Positions 1 through 11,600 of a stretch of 64,000 nt of DNA are shown one piece after another; positions within the stretch are counted from its first letter, which is position 1; the number at the start of each line of letters is the position of its first letter. The stretch covers positions 16,296 to 80,295 of the forward strand of contig JANOQV010000030.1 in NCBI GenBank assembly GCA_031414955.1, in the 5' to 3' direction. Origin of the DNA: Pedosphaera sp. GTDB taxonomy: Bacteria; Verrucomicrobiota; Verrucomicrobiia; Limisphaerales; SIBH01. The position numbers were made by a program, and so were the translations under genes. A model generated the notes under the pieces. It saw nothing but the letters and a program-made list of their open reading frames with translations. It was not told the DNA's origin and ran no database searches.

Positions 1-2
1 AC

Positions 3-956
3 AACAACCGGCCCCACAAGATTCGCTACTTGGTGCGCGAGGTGATCAAGGCCCGGCAAGAGTTCAACTCCAGTCCGGTCGTGACCACGCTCCACGATGG
101 CAGCGTGGTCGTGGCTTATAGCAGCAGTCGCGTTTACACCACGAACACGGTTGGTCTCAGCGAACGGGTGCGTTGGAATGATCGTCGGGAGATTTTCATC
201 ACCAACCGCACCCGCGTGCCCCTGAGTTTCAAAGCCGACGTCATGCAGGACGTTTACGTGCAGCGATTCTCTGGCACCGGAGCAAAGCTGGGCGCGGAAT
301 TTCGCGCCAACCAGTTCGCGGATTTTAACCAGCGGGATACGACCGTGGCCGCGCTTGAAAATGGCAGCTTCGTGGTGGCCTGGGCTTCGGAGCAGCAGCG
401 TACCAATTTTTATGCCGACACCTACCTGAACCCGGTCGATGTCTATGCGCGGATTTTCGATAACTTGGGCAACCCCTTGGGTGATGAGTTCCGCCTCAAC
501 ACCACCAACCGGGCCTCCGGCGGGCCGACGGTGGCCGCGACGGCGGGTGGCGCGTTCACCGTGGCTTGGACGCAGAAGTCCAATCAGCGCAGCAACGGAC
601 TCGACATTGTGGCGCGCACGTTCAACTCGGGCGGCACCGCTTCCAGCGATGTTTTTGCGGTCAACAGTTTCACCTACGGCGATCAGTACTCGCCCTCCCT
701 CGCCTCGGTCGGGGTCCAGCAAGTGGTGGTGTGGTCGAGCATGGGGCAGGATGGATCTCGGGAAGGCGTGTTTGCCCAGGCCTTGGATGGCTCCACGCCG
801 GTGGGCGCGGAGTTCCGGGTCAACGTCTCCACGCGCTTCAGCCAGTTTCATCCGCGGGTTGCGGGTGATAGCACGGGCCGGGCGCTGGTGTTGTGGTCGG
901 GCTACGCCTTGGACAGCGGGTTTGATTTGTTTGGCCGGAAATACCAGGCACCTTGA
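3..956 (+). CDS. 5'-truncated, probably exported repeat protein with 'EFRxN..Q..P.VA...G.FVVxW' repeats (probable beta-propeller)
   Basis: Frame is open from base 3 (NNRPHKIRYL...). Repeats seen: EFRANQF..NQRDTTVAALENGSFVVAWAS, EFRLNTT..PTVAATAGGAFTVAW, VFAVNSFTYGDQYSPSLA..VVVWSS, EFRVNVSTRFSQFHPRVA..LVLWS. Stop TGA at 954-956. Confidence 0.75.
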   Translation, partial: NNRPHKIRYLVREVIKARQEFNSSPVVTTLHDGSVVVAYSSSRVYTTNTVGLSERVRWNDRREIFITNRTRVPLSFKADVMQDVYVQRFSGTGAKLGAEFRANQFADFNQRDTTVAALENGSFVVAWASEQQRTNFYADTYLNPVDVYARIFDNLGNPLGDEFRLNTTNRASGGPTVAATAGGAFTVAWTQKSNQRSNGLDIVARTFNSGGTASSDVFAVNSFTYGDQYSPSLASVGVQQVVVWSSMGQDGSREGVFAQALDGSTPVGAEFRVNVSTRFSQFHPRVAGDSTGRALVLWSGYALDSGFDLFGRKYQAP

Positions 957-967
957 GCACGAATTTT

Positions 968-2386
968 ATGTTGCGGATCTGCAAAACTCTTTTGACCGGG
1001 GCGGTGACGCTGGCGGCGACGCAGTTGGCCATGGGCTTCGTGCTGCTGGGGCCGGGCGGCGCGGAAGGCAATGCCGCCAAGGACTGGCAGTTGCCAGCCC
1101 AGAATGACGGCTGGGAGATTGGTTACGGCTTGACCGGATCGATTGGCGCGCCCGTGTTTCCGTGGGAAGCCTACCGCTGCAATGTCCCGGTTCTCTACTA
1201 CGCCTTCGACCAGGCCTTCATCGCTTACTTCGGCACGAACGGCATGAAGGCCGTGGACAATGCGATGCGCATTCTGAACGAACTGCCCTCGGTTAATACC
1301 ATGTCCCGGAGCCTCTATGAGTTTCCGCTCTCGGCGCAGGGCGTTAATTATGAGGCGGCCGAGCTTGGGTTGGTGGATCTCAAATCGCAGGTGCTGCAAG
1401 CGATGCTTGAGCATTTGGGGGTGGAGGATTCGATCAACTGGGTTTACGGCATCCGCCAGCGGATCAATCTGCCCAACGATTATGGCGATTATACCGTCAT
1501 CAAGTACAACCTCGACCCCGTCACGCTCCTGACCTCCAGCTATGTGAACGGCACGCTTTGGACTTACAGCATCTTTGAAAACATCCCGACCCAGACTTCT
1601 GATGCGGTGGAAAATGTTCCGGCCGGACTCGAGAGTCAGCCCATTAACATCCCGGTGGGATCGCGTTCGTTCGCCCCGATTCCTGGCACGTTTTTCACCG
1701 GGTTGACCCGGGACGATGCTGGTGCGCTGCGCTATTTGCTCCATCCTCGCAACATCGTTCCCGAGACGCTTCTGCCCGGCATTCTGCCTGGGGGAACCGA
1801 AGGGTGGCTGCCGTTCCTTGGGACCAACTTTGCCGCCACCAACTCGACCCTGACCAACTTTCCAACCGTGGGTCTGCGGGGCGGCATCGGCAAGGTCCGC
1901 TTCCAGAAAGTCTATTTCGATTCCATCATCGGAACCGGTTTTGTCACCTTCACCAACCGCTACAAGGATTACGTTATTGCCACCAATGCGGAGTGGACCA
2001 GCCAATGGGTGCTGCGGCCGGTTCTTCAGCCGGACATCCTCTTCACGGCGGCGGATCTTGGGCCGGGACCTTACCTCAGCCGCACCACCTCGGCTGGCTG
2101 GATCAATGACGATTTGATTGCCGGCAGTTCCACTTTGGGCGGACCTGGAGTGATCACCGGTCCGGTGACCATCACTTTTAACCAGTTGCTTCCCTTCTTG
2201 AACAACATCACGCCGTCTTTCATCACCGAGCCGTTCCGCACCGACCCGCGCGCCCGCGGACTTTTAAGCCCGACTTGGGCGTCGTTTAACGGCACGACCA
2301 ACGCGCCCATCATCTACCCGCGTTTGCAGAACATTTCCCTGAACTATATCCGCAGCCTGGCCAATGAAGCGCCGGTCAACCCATGA
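968..2386 (+). CDS. Exported protein with degenerate matrixin (M10)-like motifs, probable pseudo-protease
   Basis: ATG 968 gives a signal peptide (MLRICKTLLTGAVTLAATQLAMG). DLKSQVLQAMLEHLGVEDS aligns gap-free to matrixin DLxxVAxHExGHxLGLxHS, and LTRDDAGALRYLL resembles the matrixin C-terminal helix LxxDDIxGIxxLY. Confidence 0.6.
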   Translation: MLRICKTLLTGAVTLAATQLAMGFVLLGPGGAEGNAAKDWQLPAQNDGWEIGYGLTGSIGAPVFPWEAYRCNVPVLYYAFDQAFIAYFGTNGMKAVDNAMRILNELPSVNTMSRSLYEFPLSAQGVNYEAAELGLVDLKSQVLQAMLEHLGVEDSINWVYGIRQRINLPNDYGDYTVIKYNLDPVTLLTSSYVNGTLWTYSIFENIPTQTSDAVENVPAGLESQPINIPVGSRSFAPIPGTFFTGLTRDDAGALRYLLHPRNIVPETLLPGILPGGTEGWLPFLGTNFAATNSTLTNFPTVGLRGGIGKVRFQKVYFDSIIGTGFVTFTNRYKDYVIATNAEWTSQWVLRPVLQPDILFTAADLGPGPYLSRTTSAGWINDDLIAGSSTLGGPGVITGPVTITFNQLLPFLNNITPSFITEPFRTDPRARGLLSPTWASFNGTTNAPIIYPRLQNISLNYIRSLANEAPVNP

Positions 2387-5300
2387 GCGCGACCCTCTCT
2401 CCCCTTGCCGTTATGAAGCGACTTAGCATCTTGTGGCTGGTGTTGTTCAGCGCCTTGGGAGTGTCGAAATCCTCGGGCGCGACCCCCGTGCCGCTCATCT
2501 TTGTGAACAACAATCCGGTCCAGCCGCCGGAACTGCCGCCGCAGATCGATGCCACGATTTTTTGGAATCGCGCCCTGTTCGTGGTTTCCAATGACTTCCT
2601 GTTTCCCGGCCTGTCCGTCCTGCCTTACTCGGGGAAGAGCGTGCGTTTTTGGACCAACAACAGCGTGATGCTCGGGTTGCCCGGCTTCGATTTCCAGTAT
2701 GTGCCCAATCGGGTTCATCTTACTCAGGCGCAGCGACTGCGCCGGGGTGCGAATCTGCCGCAGCCTTCCCGGCTGTTCTTCAATGACGGCCAGATCACGG
2801 TGTCCGATTACCTGTCCATTCGCGCGGTGAACATTGTCAATCCCGGCGCGCTTATCGGCGATCTGCGTGCCCGGGTCAACCTCACCACCACGAACGGGCT
2901 GGCCGACCTTTCACGCGGCGCGTTTCGTGTCGGAGAATTACCGCTCCCGGAATGTTCCACGGGGGGAGGATTTTTCTTCGATCCGCAGTTGCGCAACATT
3001 TACGCCAGCATCGGCACCAACGGTTCGGTGAACAGCAATCAGTTCTGGGCTCCCTTCACTTTGTCTTCTCTGGGTAACAGCTTCACGCCGATTGGTTCTG
3101 CCCCGCCACCCTTTCAGCGTATTCAGATCAACGCCATCTACCCCGGTGCCCCCGCGACCAACCGGAGCACGAACCTGATCTTTGGTCTCACGAACTGCGG
3201 TGATTACGGTTCTTTCGTCCACGTTGTGACCAACTTGACTACGGTCGGCTTAATCCAAGTTACCAACTTGAACGTGAACATGGTCTTCGTTCCGACGAAC
3301 GGATTCACCGAGGGCACGACCGTCGATGTGGGCTTCCCGTTCGGCGGCCTGGCGGCTCCCGTTGTGCAGTTTCGCACGCCGGATTTCGATGTCATCGGCC
3401 AGAAGTCGCTCACGAATTTTCTCAACTTCACGGACTCTGGCAATGGAGCCAGGATTTACCGGGGCCGCGACTGCTTCTTTGATACCTACCAGAAGTCCAA
3501 CACGCCCTACGCGCCCGGGCTGTTCCACGATTTCCGGTTTGAGACCAACCGGCTTTACACCTACTCGGCGTCCCTGAATCAGATCGGCAACACCAACTCG
3601 TTTTACCATACCAACCTGCTCTCCGCGCTGGTCTTCACGGAATTGGGCAAATCTCCGGCGGCGAGCGATCCGACCAATTACAACGGCCTGGTCCAGATCA
3701 AGGCACTCCGTCTAAACCTGGCCCAGGCGCGCATCCGCGGAGAAAATGCCGTGGACATTTACACCAGCAACCTGGTGGACATGACCGACTCGGCCATCGA
3801 CTCGCCCTTTATTAATTTCGATGTCAGCACGACTAACAATACCCTGGTGGTCTCCAACCTGTTCCGCCCGATCGTGAATCGTTTGCAAGCGACCTTGGAA
3901 TCGTGGACGGCGGTGTGGACGTCCAGCGTCACCAACGGATTATCCACCAACGTGGTCAATGGCACGAATGTTGTGACGCCCATCCTTGCCACTTGGAATT
4001 ATCGCGTGCTGGTGCTTGGAGCCTGCATCGCGACCGAGCAGCCGGCCATCATGCACAAATTTACGCTCCACGCGGACAACATGATCATCAGGGACAAGCT
4101 GGCGGTGAACAATGCGCTGCGTCTGGACGGGAAGACGCTGCACTTTGGGCCCGGTTCCGGCCTGTCGCTGCCTTTCAACACCAGCCTGGCTTTCACCAAC
4201 CTGATCGGCATCACCCGGCTGACCAACGAAGGAGTGCTCAACATTCCGCGGGCCGCGTTCTTCGGGTCGTTCGTGGATGGTTATGTGCAGCCTCCCAGGC
4301 GGAGGACGGGTCGCGCGCCCCGGCCGCGCCTCGTCACTTACGAGAGCCTGGTCAACCGCAACACGATTTCCGCCGCCAGCTTTTCGACCCGCGCGAACTA
4401 CGTGGAGATTGCCGGCCCTCAGTTCTTCCCCGCGCTGCTGGAGGCGAACAACGGTTTGATCGAGATCAACGGGGCCACGGTTGTGGTCAGCAACGCCGTG
4501 GTGCGGTCGCAGTCGGACATTCTAATTACCGCCGGCAATTTGCTCGCCACGAGTTCCACCTTGGTGGCCGGCACCAACGGCACGGTGGGCAATTACATTC
4601 CTGGTGCGCTGGTCATTGATGCCACGAACTCCATCACGGACGGTGGTCCCAACGCGGGCAACCGCTGGCTGGTCACGAGCGGGGCGCGGATTCTGCGTCG
4701 TCCGGCCAATGGTGGTGATCTGATGGGCACGCGCCTGGTTTCCAGGGCGAGCACCTTTGCCAAGTCCGTTATCAGTTGGGCCGGCTTGAACCTCGGCTCC
4801 AGTCCTTCCGGCTTCACCAATAATCTTGCGCTGGGCCGCCTGACCCTGGATGGCGCGGTGGGCACGAGCTTCCGTTTCAAGAGTGCCGGAACGGGTAACG
4901 CGATCTACATCGACTATCTGGAGATGATCAATTTCCCGACGAATTTCAGCCTCGCCAGCGTGCTGTCGGTGGATCCGGATTTCACCCTCTATTTTGCCGA
5001 CTCGAACATTCCAGCGGGCAACTTGACCAACAACTCAGGCGGACGCATCCGCTGGGTGAGCGACTTCGCCGGCCCGCAAAGCTCGACCAACATCACGTAT
5101 CCGAACGGCCTGACCTACACCTTCAACTCCGCTTTGGTGCGGAGCCGGGACTTGGATTCGGACGGAGACACCATTTTTAATGGCAATGATTGCACGCCGT
5201 TGGCCGTGCCCGGCTTTGACAGCACCCAGCCGTGCCCGCCCGCCCCGGATGTGGCCGGTGTTTCCGCGACGGCTTCGGCCGACCTTGGGTTGAGTATCTC

Positions 5301-5514
5301 GCTGGATGGATCGGGCCAACAAGTCGTGCTGGACTGGACTGCGCCGGCTGCCTCCGCGAACACGGTCGAGTTCAGCGACTCGGTGACGACGGATGCGTGG
5401 CAGACTTTGACGAATTTTATCAATGGTCCAGTGACAGCACGGGTGACGGTGAAGGATGCCGTAGGCGCTCCCCTGCGCGTTTACCGCGTCCGGGTGGACG
5501 CTGGCAAACCGTGA
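2383..5514 (+). CDS. Exported beta-rich hypothetical protein (1043 aa) with DxDxDG Ca-binding-like loop and shared C-terminal domain
   Basis: ATGA overlap with the upstream stop. Hydrophobic signal peptide (KRLSILWLVLFSALGV). DLDSDGDTIFNGND motif. C-terminus VVLDW...W...RVYRVRVDAGKP. Confidence 0.8.
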   Translation: MSATLSPLAVMKRLSILWLVLFSALGVSKSSGATPVPLIFVNNNPVQPPELPPQIDATIFWNRALFVVSNDFLFPGLSVLPYSGKSVRFWTNNSVMLGLPGFDFQYVPNRVHLTQAQRLRRGANLPQPSRLFFNDGQITVSDYLSIRAVNIVNPGALIGDLRARVNLTTTNGLADLSRGAFRVGELPLPECSTGGGFFFDPQLRNIYASIGTNGSVNSNQFWAPFTLSSLGNSFTPIGSAPPPFQRIQINAIYPGAPATNRSTNLIFGLTNCGDYGSFVHVVTNLTTVGLIQVTNLNVNMVFVPTNGFTEGTTVDVGFPFGGLAAPVVQFRTPDFDVIGQKSLTNFLNFTDSGNGARIYRGRDCFFDTYQKSNTPYAPGLFHDFRFETNRLYTYSASLNQIGNTNSFYHTNLLSALVFTELGKSPAASDPTNYNGLVQIKALRLNLAQARIRGENAVDIYTSNLVDMTDSAIDSPFINFDVSTTNNTLVVSNLFRPIVNRLQATLESWTAVWTSSVTNGLSTNVVNGTNVVTPILATWNYRVLVLGACIATEQPAIMHKFTLHADNMIIRDKLAVNNALRLDGKTLHFGPGSGLSLPFNTSLAFTNLIGITRLTNEGVLNIPRAAFFGSFVDGYVQPPRRRTGRAPRPRLVTYESLVNRNTISAASFSTRANYVEIAGPQFFPALLEANNGLIEINGATVVVSNAVVRSQSDILITAGNLLATSSTLVAGTNGTVGNYIPGALVIDATNSITDGGPNAGNRWLVTSGARILRRPANGGDLMGTRLVSRASTFAKSVISWAGLNLGSSPSGFTNNLALGRLTLDGAVGTSFRFKSAGTGNAIYIDYLEMINFPTNFSLASVLSVDPDFTLYFADSNIPAGNLTNNSGGRIRWVSDFAGPQSSTNITYPNGLTYTFNSALVRSRDLDSDGDTIFNGNDCTPLAVPGFDSTQPCPPAPDVAGVSATASADLGLSISLDGSGQQVVLDWTAPAASANTVEFSDSVTTDAWQTLTNFINGPVTARVTVKDAVGAPLRVYRVRVDAGKP

Positions 5515-5648
5515 TGGGGCGAGTCTTGTGCCGGCTCGCCGTCTCATCCCGTGCGCTGGCTTCGGTAGAGAAAAAGTGTCGCAGCCTGCTGGGTGAACTC
5601 GGGTTCACGCCGGTGGGAGCGTCACCAAACAGTTAAGCGCGCAATCAC

Positions 5649-8600
5649 ATGAAGACGTTTCGTTGGCTCGCGGCAGGGGTGTTTCTAGCACTCCTCATCG
5701 CGCTGGTTTTCTGGCGAACCAGCGGGAGGGACGTGGTCGGGTCATTTTCTCCCATTCCGTCGGTTTCGCCGGCCTTGGTCTCCGTCGCGCCCGCGCTGGT
5801 CGCGCCCGCCGATGTTTCCGCTCCAGTGGCCTCGCCGGTTGCGCCCGCCACCGTGTCCGGCACGAATGCTCCTCTGGTTTCCTTCGAGAGTTGGGTGCGT
5901 GATTTCTTGGTCAGCGATGTCTCGGCCCGGCCCGCGCTGGCGGCGCAAGGCGCGCAACTCGTCTCCGCCCGGCAAGAGGAGATGGCCGCTCTCATTCGCA
6001 CCAATCCCGAGGAAGCCATCCGGCGGTCCTTGCCATATAGCGTGCGCAAACAACTGCCGCCGGAAATCGCCTCCCAAATCGAGCAACCGGTGAGCGGGCG
6101 TGGTTCCTTCCGTCCGCTCTATTACGTCCCGTTGCCCGGCCGGGAGAGCGAGGTGCCGCCGACCGGTTACGAAGTCACCATGAACGGCACGGATTACGAG
6201 ACCCACGCTTACGGGGATCGGCTTCATCATCCGGCCCGGGATGGTGCTTATCTGCACGGAGTGTCGGTGAAAGAGCGCGCAAAGACGAAACCGTTGCTCG
6301 CCTTGAGCGATGAGGCCCACCGGCTGATCACAGACCGGGGAGAGGCGCGGGATTTGGTGAGCACGGGGCAACTTCAGGCCGATGCTTTATGTGGTGTCAC
6401 GAAAAAGCCTGCCTCGTCGGATCAGCCCGTGATTTCCCAATACGGCGAGCATTACTATGCCTTCTGCGAGCCGGCTCATGCGAAGCAACTGAATGCCACC
6501 TTGAAGCGGGCCAGTGCGGTGAGTTGGGCTTTGGGGGGCGCGGGCAAGGTTTCCGGTCCGAACGCCACCAATGTTCAATTCGAGGGCTTCAGCCGCACCC
6601 AAGGCCGCAAGAAGCTGCTCTACATCCGGGTGTTGTTCGCGGACGACATCAATCCACCGCAGACCGACGATCAGGCCCAGGCCACGGTGCTGGCGAACAA
6701 TCGATACTTTCATGAAGGTTCCTACGGCACGGTCTGGTGGGAATCGACCGTCACGCCGCTGATCCGTCTGCCCCAGCGCAAGAATTATTACGGTGAGAAT
6801 GAAGGCGCGCTGCTCGGAGATGCGCGCAACGGTGCCGCCGCTCTCGGTTATTTTCCCGGTGATTATTTTGGTCCCTCTTACGTGCTCTGCACCAGCATGC
6901 CCCAGTATCTCTATGGTGGTATTTCGAGCGGCGTCTTGAACGGTTCTCCCGGTGCGATCACGCATGAATTGGGCCATAACTTTAATCTGCCGCACGCGAA
7001 TTTCTGGCAACCCGAAGGCTCCCTGCCGGGCCCGGTGCAACCGCAGAACCTGTCGCCTTGGCCCATCGACCCGGATGCGCTCAACGGCCACAACGACATC
7101 AACGCGCCCTACATCATTGGACTGGGTGGTGCCCAACCCTCGCAGGAGTACGGCAATCCTCGCGACGTGATGGGCAGCGGTCCCGGTCACTTCAGCGCCG
7201 TGGCCAAGCGATACATGGACTGGCTCCCGCAGGATTTCGTCAAGACCGTCACCGTCAGCACGACCAATCGCCTCTACGCCTTTGACACCCCGCGCATCGA
7301 TCGCGGTCGGCTCTATGCCATGCAGATTCGCAAGGACGTGACCCGGGAATACTGGTTGAGCTACCGGCAGGGATTCGCGGCCAATCCATGGTTCTCCAAT
7401 GGTCTCGAAGTGGAATGGAACCTCGGCGGTGAGAACGTGGACGAAACCTTCATCATGTTCGGCAACGAACTCATCGACACCACGCCGGACACGAGCTACG
7501 GGAAAGAGGATGCCGCGCTCATCGTGGGGCGCACTCTTTCCGACCCCGCTGCCAGTCTCCACATCACGCCCATCGCCCGCGGCGGCGGGCCGGTTTCCTC
7601 TGACAAATGGATCGATGTCGTGGTCATGAAGGGAAGCTTCCCCGGCAATCAGATTCCGACCATGACTCTGGAGGCCAGTGCGCTGACCGTGGCGCAGGGT
7701 GCGATCGTGGATTTTACCGTGATCGCGCAGGACGCCGATGGTGATGCCCTGGCTTACAACTGGGACTTCGGCGACTGGACCTTCGGGACCAACGGGCCGG
7801 TGCAAAGCAAGACCTTCAACGCCAACGGCCAGTATGTGGTGCGTTGCGAGGTTTCCGACATGAAGGGTGGGCGGGCCAGCCGCCAACTCGTCCTCACCGT
7901 GGGTTCACCCACGACCTACACCATCAGCGGGCGCGTGCTCGACACCGAAGGCAATCCGGTCGAGGGCGTGCGCATCCATAACAACGGCGTGCGACCGGTC
8001 AATCCCCCCGCCGATCCTTATGCCCCTTACACGAACGCGCCGGTGGACGTCGGCACTTACCGCTACGGCTATACCGACACGGACGGCTTTTACGTGATCG
8101 GCAATGTGCCCGACGGCACCTACGTGGTGCGAGCCTTCAAGTACGGTTACAGCACCATGCCCCTGGACTTCACCGACCCGGTGAATGTGAATGGCAACGC
8201 CTCCGGCCTCAACTTCACCGCCACCAAGCTGGCGCGGGTCAGCGTCGCCTGGACCGCCGACGCCACCGAGCCGGGGGACGAGTACGATCCGGCCGAGGAC
8301 GGCGTGTTCACCATCACGCGCGAGGGCGGCGAATTTTCCCAGGACCTGCCGGTGGTGTTTACCATGAGCGGACGGGCGCTTTATGATTTCGACTACGGTC
8401 TGGCGGGCACGGACAACCTGGCCACCAATTGCGTGTACGAGACCAACGGCACGGTCATCACCACCAATTGCGTGGTCTTCACCACGCCGCGCGGGCAGTT
8501 AATCATCCCCGCCTTCCAGTCCTCGATTGATGTGCATGTGATCCCCACCAACAATTTTCTTGGCGATGGGGCCAAGTCCGCGGTCATGACGCTCATCCTG

Positions 8601-11600
8601 CAAACCAATTTCACCCGCGTGACCACGGTGCTGACCAACTTCCTCGTCACTAACCAGCCCGGCAACATTGTCGTCACCAATTCGCTCTTCGTGCAACGGA
8701 CCAACCAGTTCCGGGTGCCGGGCTGGGAATTGCGCCCCTTCGGCCCTTCCGGCACGCCGACCTGGTTCCAGACCGATCCGACCTACGTCCTCGACCAGGC
8801 CGAAGCGACCGTGAACATTCTGGATGACGACGAACCAGATCCCCCGACCGTGTCCGTCTTCACCCTGGATTTCGACGCGCACGAAGCGCGGGGGGACAGC
8901 GCCATGATGGCGATCGTTCGGCAGGGCGCGCCGTTGGACCAAGATTTAGTGGTGCATTACGAGACGCCCGACGTGAGCGCGTTTTACAGTCCGGCGCTGA
9001 ACGGAGAGGATGTGGCGCTGCTCTCGGGCACGATCACCATTCCGGCCGGACAGTCGTTTGCTCTCCTGCCCGTGGTGGCCATCAACGACCTGTTTGTCGA
9101 AGGCAACGAGATTCTCTTCGTGAACATCCTCGAGAGTCCGGAATACTTCACCGGATTTGCGGACGGCATGATCGTGGTGGATGACGACCTGCCGCAGGTG
9201 AACATCTTCACCTCGGTTTCGACCGTGGCGCGCAACGGTGGTTCGGCCCGGGTGACCCTCTCCCGCGTGGGCAGCGTGGATGAGGACTTGACCGTGAACT
9301 ACCTCGTCACGGGCACGGCCGTCAGCGGCGTGGACTTCACCACGCTCTCCGGTTCCGTGGTCCTCCCGGCCGGCCAGTTGAGTGTGGACGTGAACATCAA
9401 TCCGATTCCCACCAGCACCAATCCGCTTCCCCGCACCGTGACCATCGTGATCTCCGATTCCACGACGTATAACATCTACCAGCAGAACTCGGCCACGGTG
9501 ACGATCATCGACCAGAACCTGCCCACCGTGACCCTCGCCCGATCAGGGGACACGATTTCTGAAAATGGTGGCACCTCCACCTTTACTGTCACGCGCACCG
9601 GAGCCATCACCAACAACCTGAACGTCTTCTTCGACACCGGCGGGTCGGCCTGGGAAGGCTCGGATTACGCCAGCGTCGGCACGAACATCATCATCCCGGC
9701 CGGCTCGATCACGGCCGGCATCGTCATCACGGCCATCAACGACAGCGCCCGCGAGTTCGGCGACACCTGGGGGGACGACACCGTCATCGTACGACTGCGG
9801 GCTAACACCAACTACACGCTCGGCGGTACCGTCAGCCAGACCATCCGTATCGTGGATGATGAAGGCGACACGGCCCTGCCCTCGGTGGGATTCATGCTCC
9901 AGCGTTCGAGCGTGTTCGAAAATGCCGGTCAGGCCCGGATTTTCGTGAAGGTCACGGCCAACCCGGCCACCAACCGGCCCATCGAAATCGAGTACCGGGT
10001 AACGGCCGGCAGCGCCACGCCCAACGTGAACTACGTGAATTCCTTCCCCGATCGCCGCGACCCCACTGGCCAGAGCGTTACTGGCATTCTCAACATCACG
10101 CACTACTTTCCGCCCAACCCGCCGCCCCGGTTTTATGATCTGGAGAATGGCATTTACACCATCCCGGTGACGGTGCTCGACGACTTGGTCGCGTCCGGCG
10201 ACAAGACGGTGACCATCACGCTCTTCAACCCGACGGGCTACCAGACCAACCGCTCGCTCGTGACCAACGGTGGGATTATCTACACCAACTTCCTGATCAC
10301 CCACCTTCCGACCAATGCGTTTCTCGGGCCGGCCAGTTCCCACACCCTGACCATCCAGGATTTGAAGACCAGCACTGTGACCCTCGCGGCCACGGCGGAG
10401 CGGACCTATGAGGCCGGGCCGGTGCCGGGGCAGTTCATCTTCACGCGCGACGGTGCGACCAACGTGCCGTTGACGGTTTATTTTGCCCTGGAGGGCACGG
10501 CGGCCAGCGGCAGTGATTACGTGCCGGTCGGGACCAACATCACCATACCGGTCGGCACCAATTCCGTGGCGCTGACCCTGATGCCCATCGACGACCCCAC
10601 CGAGGAAGTGGCCGAGACCATGATCATCCGGCTGCTGCCCAGGTCTGGTTATCATTCCGCCTTGGGAGCCGGGGCCGGGATGATCATTGTGTCCGATGAC
10701 GGCACGATTCAGTTTGGCGCGGCCGAATACAATTTCAGCGAGAACGCCGGCTTTGCGGTCGTGCCCGTGGTTCGCACGGGCGGCACCAATCTGGCCGGGA
10801 CGGTCGATTACCTGATCACGGGCGGCACCGCCACCAACGGGGTGGATTACCTCGGCACGAACGGGACCCTCAGTTTCCTTCCCGGCGAAGACGTCAAATC
10901 CATCATCCTCCCGCTCGTGAACGAAAGTCTGGTGGAGCCGGATGAAACCATTCTCCTCGTGTTGACCAATGCCACGGGCGGCGTGCCCCTGGGTGGCCAG
11001 CGCACGACCACGGTCAACATCGTGAACGACGACACGGCCTTTGACTTTGCCGTGGCGGCGTTCCGGGCCAATGAGAATGCCGGACTGGGCACGGTCATCG
11101 TTACTCGCACCGGCGTGCTGACCAACACCGACACGGTGTGGGTCACGATCACGAACCTCATCCCGCCCACGGTCGGCATCGCCGGCCCACTGGACTTTGT
11201 CCCGGCCGCGCACTTGCTCACCTTCAATCCGGGCGAGACGAACCGGCCTGTGTCCTTGACCTTGCTTGATGATGAATTGTTTGAAGGGGACGAAAACATC
11301 AGTCTGCGGTTGAGCCAGCCCAGCGGCAGCCTCCAGTTGGGCGCATTGAGCAACGCGGTGCTGGTGATCGTGGACGATGAGTGCCGTCTCGACTTCGAGG
11401 TGACCGGCTACTCGGTGAAAGAGTACTCGAATTTCGTCACTCTGGTCGTGCGTCGCGTGGGCGGCACGGTCAACCCGGTCACGGCGCTTTACACCACGGG
11501 CGACGGCACGGCGACCAACGGCTTTGATTTTGCCGGCGTGACCAACACGGTTTCCTTCCTCGGCGATCAGTTGGTCGCGGACACGAACGGCTCGGGTCAG

